Below, one piece after another: positions 46,200 to 55,362 of a stretch of 64,000 nucleotides of DNA. Origin of the DNA: Patescibacteria group bacterium (lineage in GTDB: Bacteria; Patescibacteriota; Minisyncoccia; Phycocordibacterales; Phycocordibacteraceae); NCBI GenBank assembly GCA_040390125.1, contig JAZJYZ010000001.1, positions 243,026-307,025 on the forward strand, given 5' to 3'. Every line of letters starts with the position of its first letter. The first letter of the stretch is position 1. The translations under genes and the position numbers were made by a program. The notes under the pieces are model-generated. The model saw only the letters and a list, made by a program, of their open reading frames with translations. It searched no databases and was not told the DNA's origin.

Positions 46200-48050
46200 T
46201 TGTGTGCCTCCGTTCGCTCGGTGTGCGACAATGGCTCGATGTCGACCGAAACAAAATATCCTCGGGTGGGTACTCTGGATGTCTTTAAGGCATTATGGCG
46301 TGGTATTAAGCCCCAGAAGGGAATTTTCTTCCTCTTGATCGGTGCCTCAATCGTTTCGAGCATCGTAGCGTCCGTTCTGATACCGCTCTCCTATAAGGAG
46401 TTTTTTGACATTCTGAGTGGTGCTACTAACCCATCAGCTGCCGTATCGTCTCTTCTCACTGTTGTTGTTACGATCGCTCTGTTTAACGTTTTCAGGTGGC
46501 TTGCACGTCGCATTGTTGATTTCAGCATCTCAAACCTCGAAGCGAACAGCATGGCACGACTTCGTCAGCAAGCGTTCGAGTACCTGGTTCGTCATTCGCA
46601 TACCTTTTTCTCTAATACTTTTACTGGAAGTCTCGTGCAGAGGGTAAGCCGTCTTGCTCGTTCTGTTGAAAGGTTACTCGATACCTTGAGTTTCACGTTG
46701 ATCCCACTTCTCGTCACTGTGCTCGGTGCGATTATCGTCGTATGGCATCAGGATCATTTTCTCGCTTTCGTGATTGCTGGATGGATTGTTGCCTTTTTTG
46801 CTTGTAATTTTGCTTTCTCCCTCTGGCGGGTGAAATATAGCGTCCGTGTTGCTGAAGCCGATTCGAAGACCACTGGAACTCTGGCCGACATCATCTCGAA
46901 CCAGAGTGCAGTTTCCTTGTTCTCTGCTTTTTCTGCGGAAGAGGCACGTTTCAAAAGCGTTACGAGAGCTCAAGCAAAGATCACACGGTTCACGTGGGAC
47001 GTCGCTAATATATTTGATGCCCTGCAAGCAGCTCTGATTGGTGTCGCAGAATTTCTTATCTTTTGGTATGCAGTGCCCCTGTGGGCTGAAGGGGCAATAG
47101 GTATAGGAACGCTCGTCTTGGTGCAGGTCTATTTGTTCCAACTTGCCTCGCAACTCTGGGACTTTGGCAGAATAATCCGTACGCTCTACGAGCTCTTCGC
47201 CGATTCCAAGGAGATGGTGGAGATCATGACCTTGCCACACGAGATAAAGGATGCACCGGATGCGAGGGAGCTTAGTGTGCAAAATGGCGAAGTTGAGTTC
47301 AGGGGTGTTTCTTTCAATTTTCAGGCGAAGAATAAGATTCTAGATAACGTTTCTGTTCGCATCTCTGCCGGGCAGAAAGTTGCACTGGTGGGTCCTTCTG
47401 GAGCTGGAAAGACGACGTTCGTCCGCCTACTTCTCCGCTTCCATGACCTTGTGGAAGGGCGAATCCTAATAGATGGAGAGCCTATAGAAAAAGTGACGCT
47501 GGATAGCTTGCACGAGAATATTGCACTAGTGCCTCAGGACCCCGTTCTTTTTCATCGGACTCTGATGGAAAACATACGCTACGGACGTATCAGTGCTACC
47601 GATGAAGAGGTGAAAGAAGCAGCACGACTTTCTCACTCTGATGAATTTATAGAAGCGTTGCCGCTTGGCTATCAGACGTACGTGGGGGAGCGGGGAGTGA
47701 AGCTCTCGGGTGGTGAGCGTCAACGCATTGCCATCGCACGTGCGATTCTCAAGAATGCACCTATACTCGTCTTGGACGAAGCGACATCAAGCCTTGATTC
47801 ACATTCCGAAGCGTTGATACAGGGAGCACTCGAGACATTGATGCGTGGGAAAACGGTCATCGCCATCGCACACCGCCTCTCTACCATACGCACCATGGAT
47901 CGCATTATTGTTCTTGAAGGTGGTAGCATCCGTGAAGACGGTACGCATGAGGCACTGTTAAAGAACCCCACAAGTTTGTACCGAGAGCTTTGGAACTTGC
48001 AAGCTGGTGGCTTTATTTTGGAAGAAGAAGTTGAAGAGACACTTGTATGA
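46200..48050 (+). CDS. ABC transporter, fused permease/ATP-binding (type I exporter, MsbA-like)
   Basis: Six TM segments, then the NBD with Walker A GPSGAGKTT, signature LSGGERQRIAIARAIL, and Walker B ILVLDEATS. Confidence 0.85.
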   Translation: MCASVRSVCDNGSMSTETKYPRVGTLDVFKALWRGIKPQKGIFFLLIGASIVSSIVASVLIPLSYKEFFDILSGATNPSAAVSSLLTVVVTIALFNVFRWLARRIVDFSISNLEANSMARLRQQAFEYLVRHSHTFFSNTFTGSLVQRVSRLARSVERLLDTLSFTLIPLLVTVLGAIIVVWHQDHFLAFVIAGWIVAFFACNFAFSLWRVKYSVRVAEADSKTTGTLADIISNQSAVSLFSAFSAEEARFKSVTRAQAKITRFTWDVANIFDALQAALIGVAEFLIFWYAVPLWAEGAIGIGTLVLVQVYLFQLASQLWDFGRIIRTLYELFADSKEMVEIMTLPHEIKDAPDARELSVQNGEVEFRGVSFNFQAKNKILDNVSVRISAGQKVALVGPSGAGKTTFVRLLLRFHDLVEGRILIDGEPIEKVTLDSLHENIALVPQDPVLFHRTLMENIRYGRISATDEEVKEAARLSHSDEFIEALPLGYQTYVGERGVKLSGGERQRIAIARAILKNAPILVLDEATSSLDSHSEALIQGALETLMRGKTVIAIAHRLSTIRTMDRIIVLEGGSIREDGTHEALLKNPTSLYRELWNLQAGGFILEEEVEETLV

Positions 48051-48589
48051 TTATAGGTATCACGGGCACGATAGGCGCAGGGAAGGGCACGATTGTCTCT
48101 TATTTAGAGAAGAAAGGATTTCGGCATGTGTCTGTTTCAGACTTTCTTGCTGATGTCGCCAAAGAGCGAGGTATTGAAGCGACACGTATTGCACGGAGAA
48201 CTATTGGCAACGAGTATCGTACGAAAAGCAAAACCGCACTTATTGAAGCCGTTCTTGCCGACGTAAACCCTCTGAAGGAACATATTGTTGTTGAGTCTCT
48301 ACACACCGCCTCCGAAGTGGAGTATGTTCGTAGCCTCGGGGGCACAATAATTTCGATTGATGCACCACTCTCTGTCCGCTATGAGCGGATTGTCAAGCGA
48401 GGAAGTATGACCGACCAGGTAAGTCTGGAGGAGTTTGTGCTAGAAGAAAAACGCCAGCTCGCCTCTGACGATCCAAATGAGAATAATCTGATTGCTTCGA
48501 TTTCTCTCGCTGACATCCATCTTGAAAACAATGGCTCGCCTCAGGAGCTTTATCAAGCAATTGATGATATTCTTGAGCGACTTATATGA
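48047..48589 (+). CDS. P-loop nucleoside/nucleotide kinase family protein (dephospho-CoA-kinase/dNK-like)
   Basis: N-terminal MIIGITGTIGAGKGT Walker A, small at 180 aa. The exact substrate cannot be assigned. Confidence 0.45.
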   Translation: MIIGITGTIGAGKGTIVSYLEKKGFRHVSVSDFLADVAKERGIEATRIARRTIGNEYRTKSKTALIEAVLADVNPLKEHIVVESLHTASEVEYVRSLGGTIISIDAPLSVRYERIVKRGSMTDQVSLEEFVLEEKRQLASDDPNENNLIASISLADIHLENNGSPQELYQAIDDILERLI

Positions 48590-49311
48590 ACCCATTCGAT
48601 TCCCTCAGGGCAAGTCCTCTTCAATTTCGGTACCCAGGGCGATTCATCATCATTGGCAAAGATGCTGATTCGTACGTGGTGTTATATGGCGCAACGGGAC
48701 GTAGTCCGTCGAGCTTGGCGAGAAAGTTAGTTCGCAAAGATCATTCAGTATTTATGACAGCGGCGGATGAAACTGTTTCCAAAGAGGGTAATCCGGAACT
48801 CTTGGAATATCCCGCCCTTAAGGTCATTAAAAACGGTCTCGTAGTCGCAAATGGCAGGCAAATAGAAAATATTTCAAATATTGAGAAACGTGATGCACGC
48901 AAACAGCTCTCGTACGCAATGAGTGAAGAGGCATATGAGCCTGATGAATATCGAACACCTCGTATCACAGGTCTCTTGGCAGAAACTCAAGAAGGAATGG
49001 ACGGAGCACTCCATATAACACGTTCAGCGATTGACGGCATCGACCACTCTTCTTGGACTGTTCCATTTGAAAGCGGAAAAGGTCTTTTTATTTCTACCTA
49101 TGTTGGGGAAGACGTAAAACCGACTCCTTCTTTTGGAGGAGACCCTCTTCCTGTTGCACTTAATTTCGGATCTGCAAAAAATGCTGTACATGCCCTTTTC
49201 GATTCGTTCGCTCCTAGGGAAAGGCAGACTGATTACCGTGTGGGGTTTGTAGGGGTTTACTTGTCTTTTGGTAAACCGCTTGAAATTGCTATAGTAAATC
49301 GTATCTCATGA
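48586..49311 (+). CDS. hypothetical protein (weak resemblance to archaeal-type IMP cyclohydrolase PurO)
   Basis: The N-terminal GRFIIIGKDADSYVVLYGATGRSPSS pattern is reminiscent of the PurO N-terminus. This is recognition-level only. Confidence 0.3.
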   Translation: MNPFDSLRASPLQFRYPGRFIIIGKDADSYVVLYGATGRSPSSLARKLVRKDHSVFMTAADETVSKEGNPELLEYPALKVIKNGLVVANGRQIENISNIEKRDARKQLSYAMSEEAYEPDEYRTPRITGLLAETQEGMDGALHITRSAIDGIDHSSWTVPFESGKGLFISTYVGEDVKPTPSFGGDPLPVALNFGSAKNAVHALFDSFAPRERQTDYRVGFVGVYLSFGKPLEIAIVNRIS

Positions 49312-49784
49312 GTGACGACTTCGATGATATTCAGATGCCTGCAATGAATCCCGGCGGTAAATCGGCGGCCCTTATAGAGGATGGTTTATCTGCGAAAGAA
49401 TTTGAAAAAATAGTAACTGATGCTTTTCTTTTAGTTCCAGAAAAATTTAGCTCCAAGGTGAGTGCAAGCGCTATCGTAATTGAAGAGGTGCCGAGCGATG
49501 CTCTGCTTCGGAAAGAAAATGTTCCAGAGGGCCATACTCTTTTTGGTCTGTATCAAACCACTGACGTTGGCGAGGGAGTGGTGATATTTCGTAATCCTAT
49601 TTTGCATGCTGCCGCCCATGAGGCTGGAGTTGAAGTGGAGTGGGGGGCTCCCACTGAGCCAATGAAACGCCGTATTCGTTCCATCGTTCGTGACATCATC
49701 TGGCATGAAATTGCACGCCATTTTGATATGGATGAATTTGAAATAGGTGCTCGAGAGGAGACGGGGATTAGTGAATTTAAATAG
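49308..49784 (+). CDS. putative zincin-like metallopeptidase (Zincin_1/DUF1025-like)
   Basis: C-terminal HEIARHFDMDE and the earlier HEAGVE resemble HExxH-type minimal zincins. Confidence 0.35.
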   Translation: MSDDFDDIQMPAMNPGGKSAALIEDGLSAKEFEKIVTDAFLLVPEKFSSKVSASAIVIEEVPSDALLRKENVPEGHTLFGLYQTTDVGEGVVIFRNPILHAAAHEAGVEVEWGAPTEPMKRRIRSIVRDIIWHEIARHFDMDEFEIGAREETGISEFK

Positions 49785-49906
49785 CTTTCAGGTGTTGGCT
49801 TTCAGATTTTAGTTTTAGGCGATGCTTCATCGTGTCCGAGGGCCAGCTTTACTGTATCCGTAGGTTTCATAGGAAAAATTTTTTATTTTTCTCTGAAATA
49901 CGAAAA

Positions 49907-49957
49907 ACCCCCTGTATAGTATAAAATCACGGTCGTGATTTTATACTATACAGGGGT
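49907..49957. repeat. palindromic hairpin element, copy 2 (same arms as 46131..46193)
   Basis: cccc-ctgtatagtataaaatcacg-gtc-gtgattttatactatacag-gggg. Confidence 0.8.
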
Positions 49958-50030
49958 GATAGGTGGGGGTGAGAGGAGTGGGTGACTTTACATATTTAAA
50001 ATTCAAAATCTTCCTAACTTCTCTAAACCC

Positions 50031-50594
50031 TTAAGGGGTTATGCTTTGTGTTTTTAGGAGTTCTGCGAATTTTTCCTGAACTTTTTGGAGTTTTGGTTCG
50101 ATAATTACTTGGCAGTATCCTTGGTTTTTATTTCTGGCGTAGTAGTCGAGATGCTCTTGTTCTGCCGGATAGAATTTTGTAAGAGGCGCTATATCAGTTG
50201 CTATAGGCTTTCCTTCTTTTGATGAATCATTGAGTTCCTGTATAAACGTTTCAGCTTCTTTCTTTTGCGTTTCGTTCGTGTAGAGAATTATTGAGCGATA
50301 TTCTGTACCTACATCATTACCTTGGCGATTTACTTGTGTGGCATCATGTGTGCCGAAAAAGACCGTGAGCAAATCTTTGTAGGTAATCGCTTCTGCGTCA
50401 AATTCTATTTTTATTACTTCCGCATGCCCCGTGTCTCCATTCATTACAGAATAGTAGGTGGGGTTTTCGGTTATTCCTCCTGCATAGCCAGGTTCAACTG
50501 AAATTACGCCCCGAAGCATTTTAAACACTGCTTCGGTGCACCAAAAACATCCCCCGCCGAATACCGCACTACTTTTAGTGTTTTCCACATCCAT
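50031..50594 (-). CDS. msrA: peptide methionine sulfoxide reductase MsrA
   Basis: GGGCFWCTEAVF active site. MsrA length and motifs (GYCQV...) match. Confidence 0.9.
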   Translation of the reverse strand: MDVENTKSSAVFGGGCFWCTEAVFKMLRGVISVEPGYAGGITENPTYYSVMNGDTGHAEVIKIEFDAEAITYKDLLTVFFGTHDATQVNRQGNDVGTEYRSIILYTNETQKKEAETFIQELNDSSKEGKPIATDIAPLTKFYPAEQEHLDYYARNKNQGYCQVIIEPKLQKVQEKFAELLKTQSITP

Positions 50595-50609
50595 ACATAA
50601 TCAAATAGA

Positions 50610-51245
50610 TCAGCAAACTGGATTTCTTTTGATGTGTTTGTAAATGGGAACGAACATGAACGCACCGATCAATTCGAACACTGAGACTGCGAGTATCACA
50701 CTCTGAAATCCAAAAGTGATAGCGAGGTATCCACCTAACGCTGCGGTCGCCGCAGAGGCGAGGTCGAGCATGGTGAAATAGAGTCCCCACATGGTGGCTT
50801 CTTTGCTATCGGGTATGTATTTTGTGAAAAGTGCCATGAAAGAAGGGAACTGAAATGCGAATGCAAGTCCCAAGAGAAACTGTGCCACATAGAGCTCAAA
50901 TGGAGTTGAGATGAACAGGTACGAGAGAGGTATGAAGCTTGCAAAGATGAGACTGCCGAAGATAAACCAAAAATCATCTTTATCACCGCATATCTTGTCA
51001 ATCAAGGCAGCAGCGGGTATTTGAAACAGGCTCTTGGTGATGAGATAGATTGCTATCGCAATGCCTGCAACTTCTGCACTTCCTCCTTGAATAAAGTCCA
51101 CTACGAAGAGTGCGAAGATGGGGCCGAGGAGTCCAGCTGCGGAGAAGAATACTACGTCTCCGAAAATGAGAAATTTTATTACAGGATTCGCTTTGAGGAG
51201 ATCCCCCCAGAAAAAAAAGCGGCGAGTGTTCGTCTCAGTATTCAT
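50610..51245 (-). CDS. six-TM membrane protein (MFS-half-like)
   Basis: 211 aa with six predicted TM helices. It sits between msrA and msrB. Confidence 0.4.
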   Translation of the reverse strand: MNTETNTRRFFFWGDLLKANPVIKFLIFGDVVFFSAAGLLGPIFALFVVDFIQGGSAEVAGIAIAIYLITKSLFQIPAAALIDKICGDKDDFWFIFGSLIFASFIPLSYLFISTPFELYVAQFLLGLAFAFQFPSFMALFTKYIPDSKEATMWGLYFTMLDLASAATAALGGYLAITFGFQSVILAVSVFELIGAFMFVPIYKHIKRNPVC

Positions 51246-51420
51246 TTTTCTTTAAGAACCTGTTTCAAAAATAACGGCGTTACGAATCGCCCAAACTCCG
51301 TTGTGAGACTCAAAGCGTACTTCGATGGCGTGTCAGAGACACGGTGAGAAGTGTGCTGCAGGGTCGTAACAGGAGTTTGGGCGATGCAGTAGCCGAACGA
51401 GCTGGTTATATATGATTTGT

Positions 51421-51822
51421 TCATGGAGTGTTTATTTTTGAAACGGGTTCGAGATTTAGGCAGACGGAGTTAATACAATATCGTTTCCCCGTGTTGGTAG
51501 GGCCATCATCAAATACGTGCCCCAAGTGAGAGCCACATTTTGCACACACGACTTCCGTGCGTGTCATGCCGTGCGAGGCGTCTGTTTTCATTTCAACTGA
51601 TCCGGGGATTGCATCGTCGAATGATGGCCAGCCGGTGCCAGAGTCAAACTTCTTTTCGGACGTAAAGAGAGGATTGCTACAGACTTTGCAATTAAACGTG
51701 CCGGAGGCGTCGGTGTGTACGTATTCGCCACTAAAAGGGGCTTCAGTTGCACCGGTGCGGAGTACTGCGTATTCCTCGGGCGTGAGGCGAGCTTTCAGCT
51801 CTTCTTCATCGGGTGTATTCAT
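51421..51822 (-). CDS. msrB: peptide methionine (R)-S-oxide reductase MsrB
   Basis: Zn-binding CxxC pairs. GTGWPSF and [10 protein letters not shown] are SelR motifs. Confidence 0.9.
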   Translation of the reverse strand: MNTPDEEELKARLTPEEYAVLRTGATEAPFSGEYVHTDASGTFNCKVCSNPLFTSEKKFDSGTGWPSFDDAIPGSVEMKTDASHGMTRTEVVCAKCGSHLGHVFDDGPTNTGKRYCINSVCLNLEPVSKINTP

Positions 51823-51856
51823 ACTTCTATTCTAACAGGAGTATAATAAAAGGCAT

Positions 51857-52999
51857 ATGAAAAAACTCTCATTTTTAGCTTTTTTTGCAGTGGTAGCTTT
51901 AGTGATTCCGTTTGGCACTGTGCAGGCGGCACAAATGCAAGCAGAAAAGACTCTTACTATTTCTGAGGCATTGTCTGAAAATGCCTACCTAGTTGGACAA
52001 GAAGTCTACATATCTGCCACAGCTCGAAAAGACCTACTTGGTGCTGGCGGAAAGGTGACAGTGAATGCTCCAGTTGCCGGCGATCTTATGCTTGGGGCGG
52101 GTAGTATTAATATTCTCGACGAAGTAGCGGGGGATGTTCGTGTTGCTGGCGGAGATGTGACTATTTCGAAGTCTATTGGCGGAGACCTGCTTGTATTTGG
52201 TGGTACGGTTGTGATTCTTCCCGGGGCAACTATTGAAGGAGATGTTCTACTAGTTGGAGGAAGTGTAGACGTGCAGGGCACTCTCAATGGGAGTTTTAGA
52301 GTGTATGGAGGGGAGGCGACACTCAATGGCATCGTCGTCGGACCAGCCGTAATAAAAGTTAGCGAGACTATTGCTTTCGGCGAGAAGGCAGACTTTCGCT
52401 CTTCGCTCTCCTATTCTGCTCCAGCGGAGGCAACCATTACTGAGGGTGCAAAACTTGGCGACGAAGTGGTGTTTACAATGCAGGACACCAAGCCCCAGCG
52501 TAGTGTTGCAGGAGGAATTTTTGCTTTCATTGGTGTACTGATGATAATGAAATTCATCGGAATGCTTACGGCTGCACTTGTGGTCACGTACGCATTTAAG
52601 AATGCATCGCTCGCACTTTCTACGGGGGCGATTCAAAAATTCTGGCAGATGACCGGTATTGGACTTATTGCAACCGTTGTAACACCTATTGCTATTTTGC
52701 TTTTGTTCGTGAGCGTTATTGGAATGTATGTTGGTTTTCTTGTGGCTGTGCTCTATATATTTGCACTACTCACTGCAGGTATCTTCATGTGTATCATTGC
52801 GGGAGGTTTTCTTTCAAAATTAATTAAGAAAGAAATTCAAGTGAATTGGGTATGGGTGCTGGCTGGGACGATTCTTGTCTTCCTCCTCCCATTCATTCCG
52901 GTCCTTGGTTGGGTTGCTCTAGTGCTCCTCTTCTTTAATTCGATAGGTGCTGTGGTGATGAGCTTGAGGCAGGACGCTAAGGCAAAAATGGAAGTGTAA
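51857..52999 (+). CDS. membrane protein with N-terminal bactofilin-like (DUF583) beta-helix repeats and C-terminal polytopic domain
   Basis: Signal/TM, then repeated GD(V/L)xVxGG(D/S)VxIxG segments typical of the polymer-forming cytoskeletal domain, then at least four TM helices. Confidence 0.4.
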   Translation: MKKLSFLAFFAVVALVIPFGTVQAAQMQAEKTLTISEALSENAYLVGQEVYISATARKDLLGAGGKVTVNAPVAGDLMLGAGSINILDEVAGDVRVAGGDVTISKSIGGDLLVFGGTVVILPGATIEGDVLLVGGSVDVQGTLNGSFRVYGGEATLNGIVVGPAVIKVSETIAFGEKADFRSSLSYSAPAEATITEGAKLGDEVVFTMQDTKPQRSVAGGIFAFIGVLMIMKFIGMLTAALVVTYAFKNASLALSTGAIQKFWQMTGIGLIATVVTPIAILLLFVSVIGMYVGFLVAVLYIFALLTAGIFMCIIAGGFLSKLIKKEIQVNWVWVLAGTILVFLLPFIPVLGWVALVLLFFNSIGAVVMSLRQDAKAKMEV

Positions 53000-53010
53000 C
53001 TATTAAACAT

Positions 53011-53478
53011 ATGCCAAACGTAGGAGAACAAGCGCCTGACTTCACCCTTCTTGATCAAAATGGGAAGGAACACACTCTTTCGATGTATAAGGGACGTTTT
53101 GTACTTCTTTATTTTTATCCGAAGGACGATACCAGTGGATGCACTAAAGAAGCATGCATGATACGAGATGCGTTTCCTCGCTTCGAGGGTGTGCACGCTC
53201 ACGTATTAGGGGTGTCTACGGACTCTGTAGTAAGTCACAAAAAGTTTGCCGAAAAATACCAACTGCCTTTTTCACTGTTAGCCGATGAAAACAAAGAGGT
53301 TGTAGGGAAGTACGGCGTATGGGGCGAGAAGAAAATGATGGGACGCACCTACATGGGCACCAAGCGTACCTCTTTCTTAATAGACCCGAATGGCATCATA
53401 AAAAAAGTATACGAGGCGGTGAAGCCTGAAGTCCACGCAGAAGAAGTTCTTGCCGATCTCCAATCCTTAAATGCGTAA
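53011..53478 (+). CDS. bcp: thiol peroxidase Bcp (peroxiredoxin, AhpC/TSA family)
   Basis: FYPKDDTSGCTKEAC catalytic motif. It is 155 aa. Confidence 0.85.
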   Translation: MPNVGEQAPDFTLLDQNGKEHTLSMYKGRFVLLYFYPKDDTSGCTKEACMIRDAFPRFEGVHAHVLGVSTDSVVSHKKFAEKYQLPFSLLADENKEVVGKYGVWGEKKMMGRTYMGTKRTSFLIDPNGIIKKVYEAVKPEVHAEEVLADLQSLNA

Positions 53479-54133
53479 ACTGCTCGTACGTCGTGCTCGG
53501 GCGAAAAAAATAGTTGCGTATCTAAAAAAGGCCTACCCAGAGCCGAAAAGCGAGCTTCTCTATAAAACTCCGTTCCAATTTCTGACGGCAGTGGTGATGT
53601 CGGCACAATGCACCGACAAAGTGGTGAATAGGGTAACTGCTCCGCTGTTTAAAAAATACAAGACCGCCTTCGACTTCGCTCAGGCCAAAGCCTCTGTATT
53701 CGAGCGTGAGATTTCTTCCGTAACCTTTTTTAGAAATAAGGCACGACATATTATTGCAGCAGCGAAGCAAGTAGTAGAGGGATATGGCGGGAAAGTGCCT
53801 ACGAGTGAGCGTGAGCTCACCGCGTTGCCGGGGGTAGGGTACAAGACTGCTCACGTGATTTTAAATGAACTCTATGGTGTGTCAGAAGGTATTCCAACTG
53901 ATACCCACGTAAAGCGTTTCGCAAAACGCTTTGATTTGGTTGATTCAAATGATTTGAAAAAGGTATCAAAAGAGCTCGAATCCTTGATCTCAAAGGCGGA
54001 TTGGAAGTATGTAAATAACGGTCTGGTACTCTATGGACGGTATGTCTGCAAAGCCCAAAAACACGACTGTACATCACACCCGCTCACGAAGCTCTGGCCG
54101 AAGGCGGGAAGCAGGTGGCCAAAAGCGAAGTAA
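53471..54133 (+). CDS. nth: endonuclease III family (HhH-GPD) DNA glycosylase
   Basis: HhH LPGVGYKTAHVILN, with Asp after the Gly-rich loop. The C-terminal Cys cluster is partial. Confidence 0.7.
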   Translation: MRKLLVRRARAKKIVAYLKKAYPEPKSELLYKTPFQFLTAVVMSAQCTDKVVNRVTAPLFKKYKTAFDFAQAKASVFEREISSVTFFRNKARHIIAAAKQVVEGYGGKVPTSERELTALPGVGYKTAHVILNELYGVSEGIPTDTHVKRFAKRFDLVDSNDLKKVSKELESLISKADWKYVNNGLVLYGRYVCKAQKHDCTSHPLTKLWPKAGSRWPKAK

Positions 54134-54184
54134 GTTCTATGCTAGTTTGACTTTTACTAATAATAGTATTTAATTACAGGGTAT

Positions 54185-54466
54185 ATGTCACACGAACAAG
54201 GACACGATGAAGACTGGGTTGCATCATATGGGCGTGACGCAGAGGCATACACAGCCTATAAAGCTAAGCTCGTATCAGCTGACCTCCGCCGCAAGCTCGT
54301 TAATGCGGCACGCATCTCTATCTGGACATTACTCGGTATTGCGGGCGGTGCTGTTGCAGGGACAGCCATGGCAGGACCGATAGGGATGGCTGTCGGGACG
54401 GTCACTGGTGGAATAGGCGGTTTTGAGCTTGGTGGCGCACTCGTAAGGTCTGAAAATAAGAAGTGA
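54185..54466 (+). CDS. small glycine-zipper membrane protein
   Basis: GxxxG-rich TM segment (GIAGGAVAGTAMAGPIGMAVGTVTGGIGG). Confidence 0.35.
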   Translation: MSHEQGHDEDWVASYGRDAEAYTAYKAKLVSADLRRKLVNAARISIWTLLGIAGGAVAGTAMAGPIGMAVGTVTGGIGGFELGGALVRSENKK

Positions 54467-54495
54467 AGAGTTTCTTTAAATAAAATCCTCCGATA

Positions 54496-54525
54496 AAAAA
54501 CCCGAAAGCTCGCTTTCGGGTTTTT
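54496..54525 (+). terminator. rho-independent terminator
   Basis: aaaaacccgaaagc-tc-gctttcgggttttt. Confidence 0.8.
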
Positions 54526-54540
54526 GTATACAATATATGT

Positions 54541-55362
54541 ATGACGCAACACACGTTTTCTTCTGTGGGGGGATTCCGAACGATAGTGCGAACCTTTTTC
54601 AAGAGTAACGGAAGACACAATTTGCCATGGAGGAATACCCGTAACCCGTATCGTATTTTGGTATCAGAAATAATGCTCCAGCAAACGCAGGCTGATAGAG
54701 TAATTCCGAAATACAAAGCATTTCTGAAAAAGTTCCCGACAGTGCACACACTTGCACAGGCACCCCTTGGTGAAGTCCTCCGGGAATGGCAAGGCTTAGG
54801 CTACAACCGACGAGCCAAAATGCTTCATGGAGCGGCAAAAGTCATTGTTGAAAAGCACAAAGGCACGGTTCCGCTTCTTTACAATGAGCTTATTCAATTG
54901 CCGGGGGTAGGGGATTATACGGCAAAAGCAGTTCGTGTCTTTGCATGGAACAAACCGGAAGTAATGATTGAAACCAACATCCGTAGCGTTTTTATTCATC
55001 ATTTTTTTCCAAATAAGGTTGGAGTGGGTGATGAAAATTTACACCCATATATGGGTGAGGTTTTAGATACAAATAATCCTCGGGAGTGGTACTCGGCATT
55101 AATGGATTACGGGAGTTATTTGAAAAAGACACTACCCAATCCATCACGAAAAAGTGTACATCATGTAGCACAAAAACCCTTTAAAGGCTCTGATAGGGAG
55201 ATACGGGGAGCTCTCCTTCGTCTGCTTTCAAAAAAATCCTCTAGCGTTGAGGATTTATATGAATTACCCTTTCAAAGGTTACGGATTGATACGCAAATAA
55301 AAGCTCTTGTGAAGGAAGGTTTCATAAGGAGTCGAGGGTCACGATATATGCTCCAGAGTTAA
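54541..55362 (+). CDS. MutY/Nth-family HhH-GPD glycosylase (MutY-like N-terminal domain only)
   Basis: ILVSEIMLQQTQADRVIPKYKAFLKKFP...WQGLGYNRRAKML...LPGVGDYTAKAV closely follows the MutY catalytic-domain pattern. There is no FeS cluster or NUDIX-like C-terminus. Confidence 0.65.
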   Translation: MTQHTFSSVGGFRTIVRTFFKSNGRHNLPWRNTRNPYRILVSEIMLQQTQADRVIPKYKAFLKKFPTVHTLAQAPLGEVLREWQGLGYNRRAKMLHGAAKVIVEKHKGTVPLLYNELIQLPGVGDYTAKAVRVFAWNKPEVMIETNIRSVFIHHFFPNKVGVGDENLHPYMGEVLDTNNPREWYSALMDYGSYLKKTLPNPSRKSVHHVAQKPFKGSDREIRGALLRLLSKKSSSVEDLYELPFQRLRIDTQIKALVKEGFIRSRGSRYMLQS

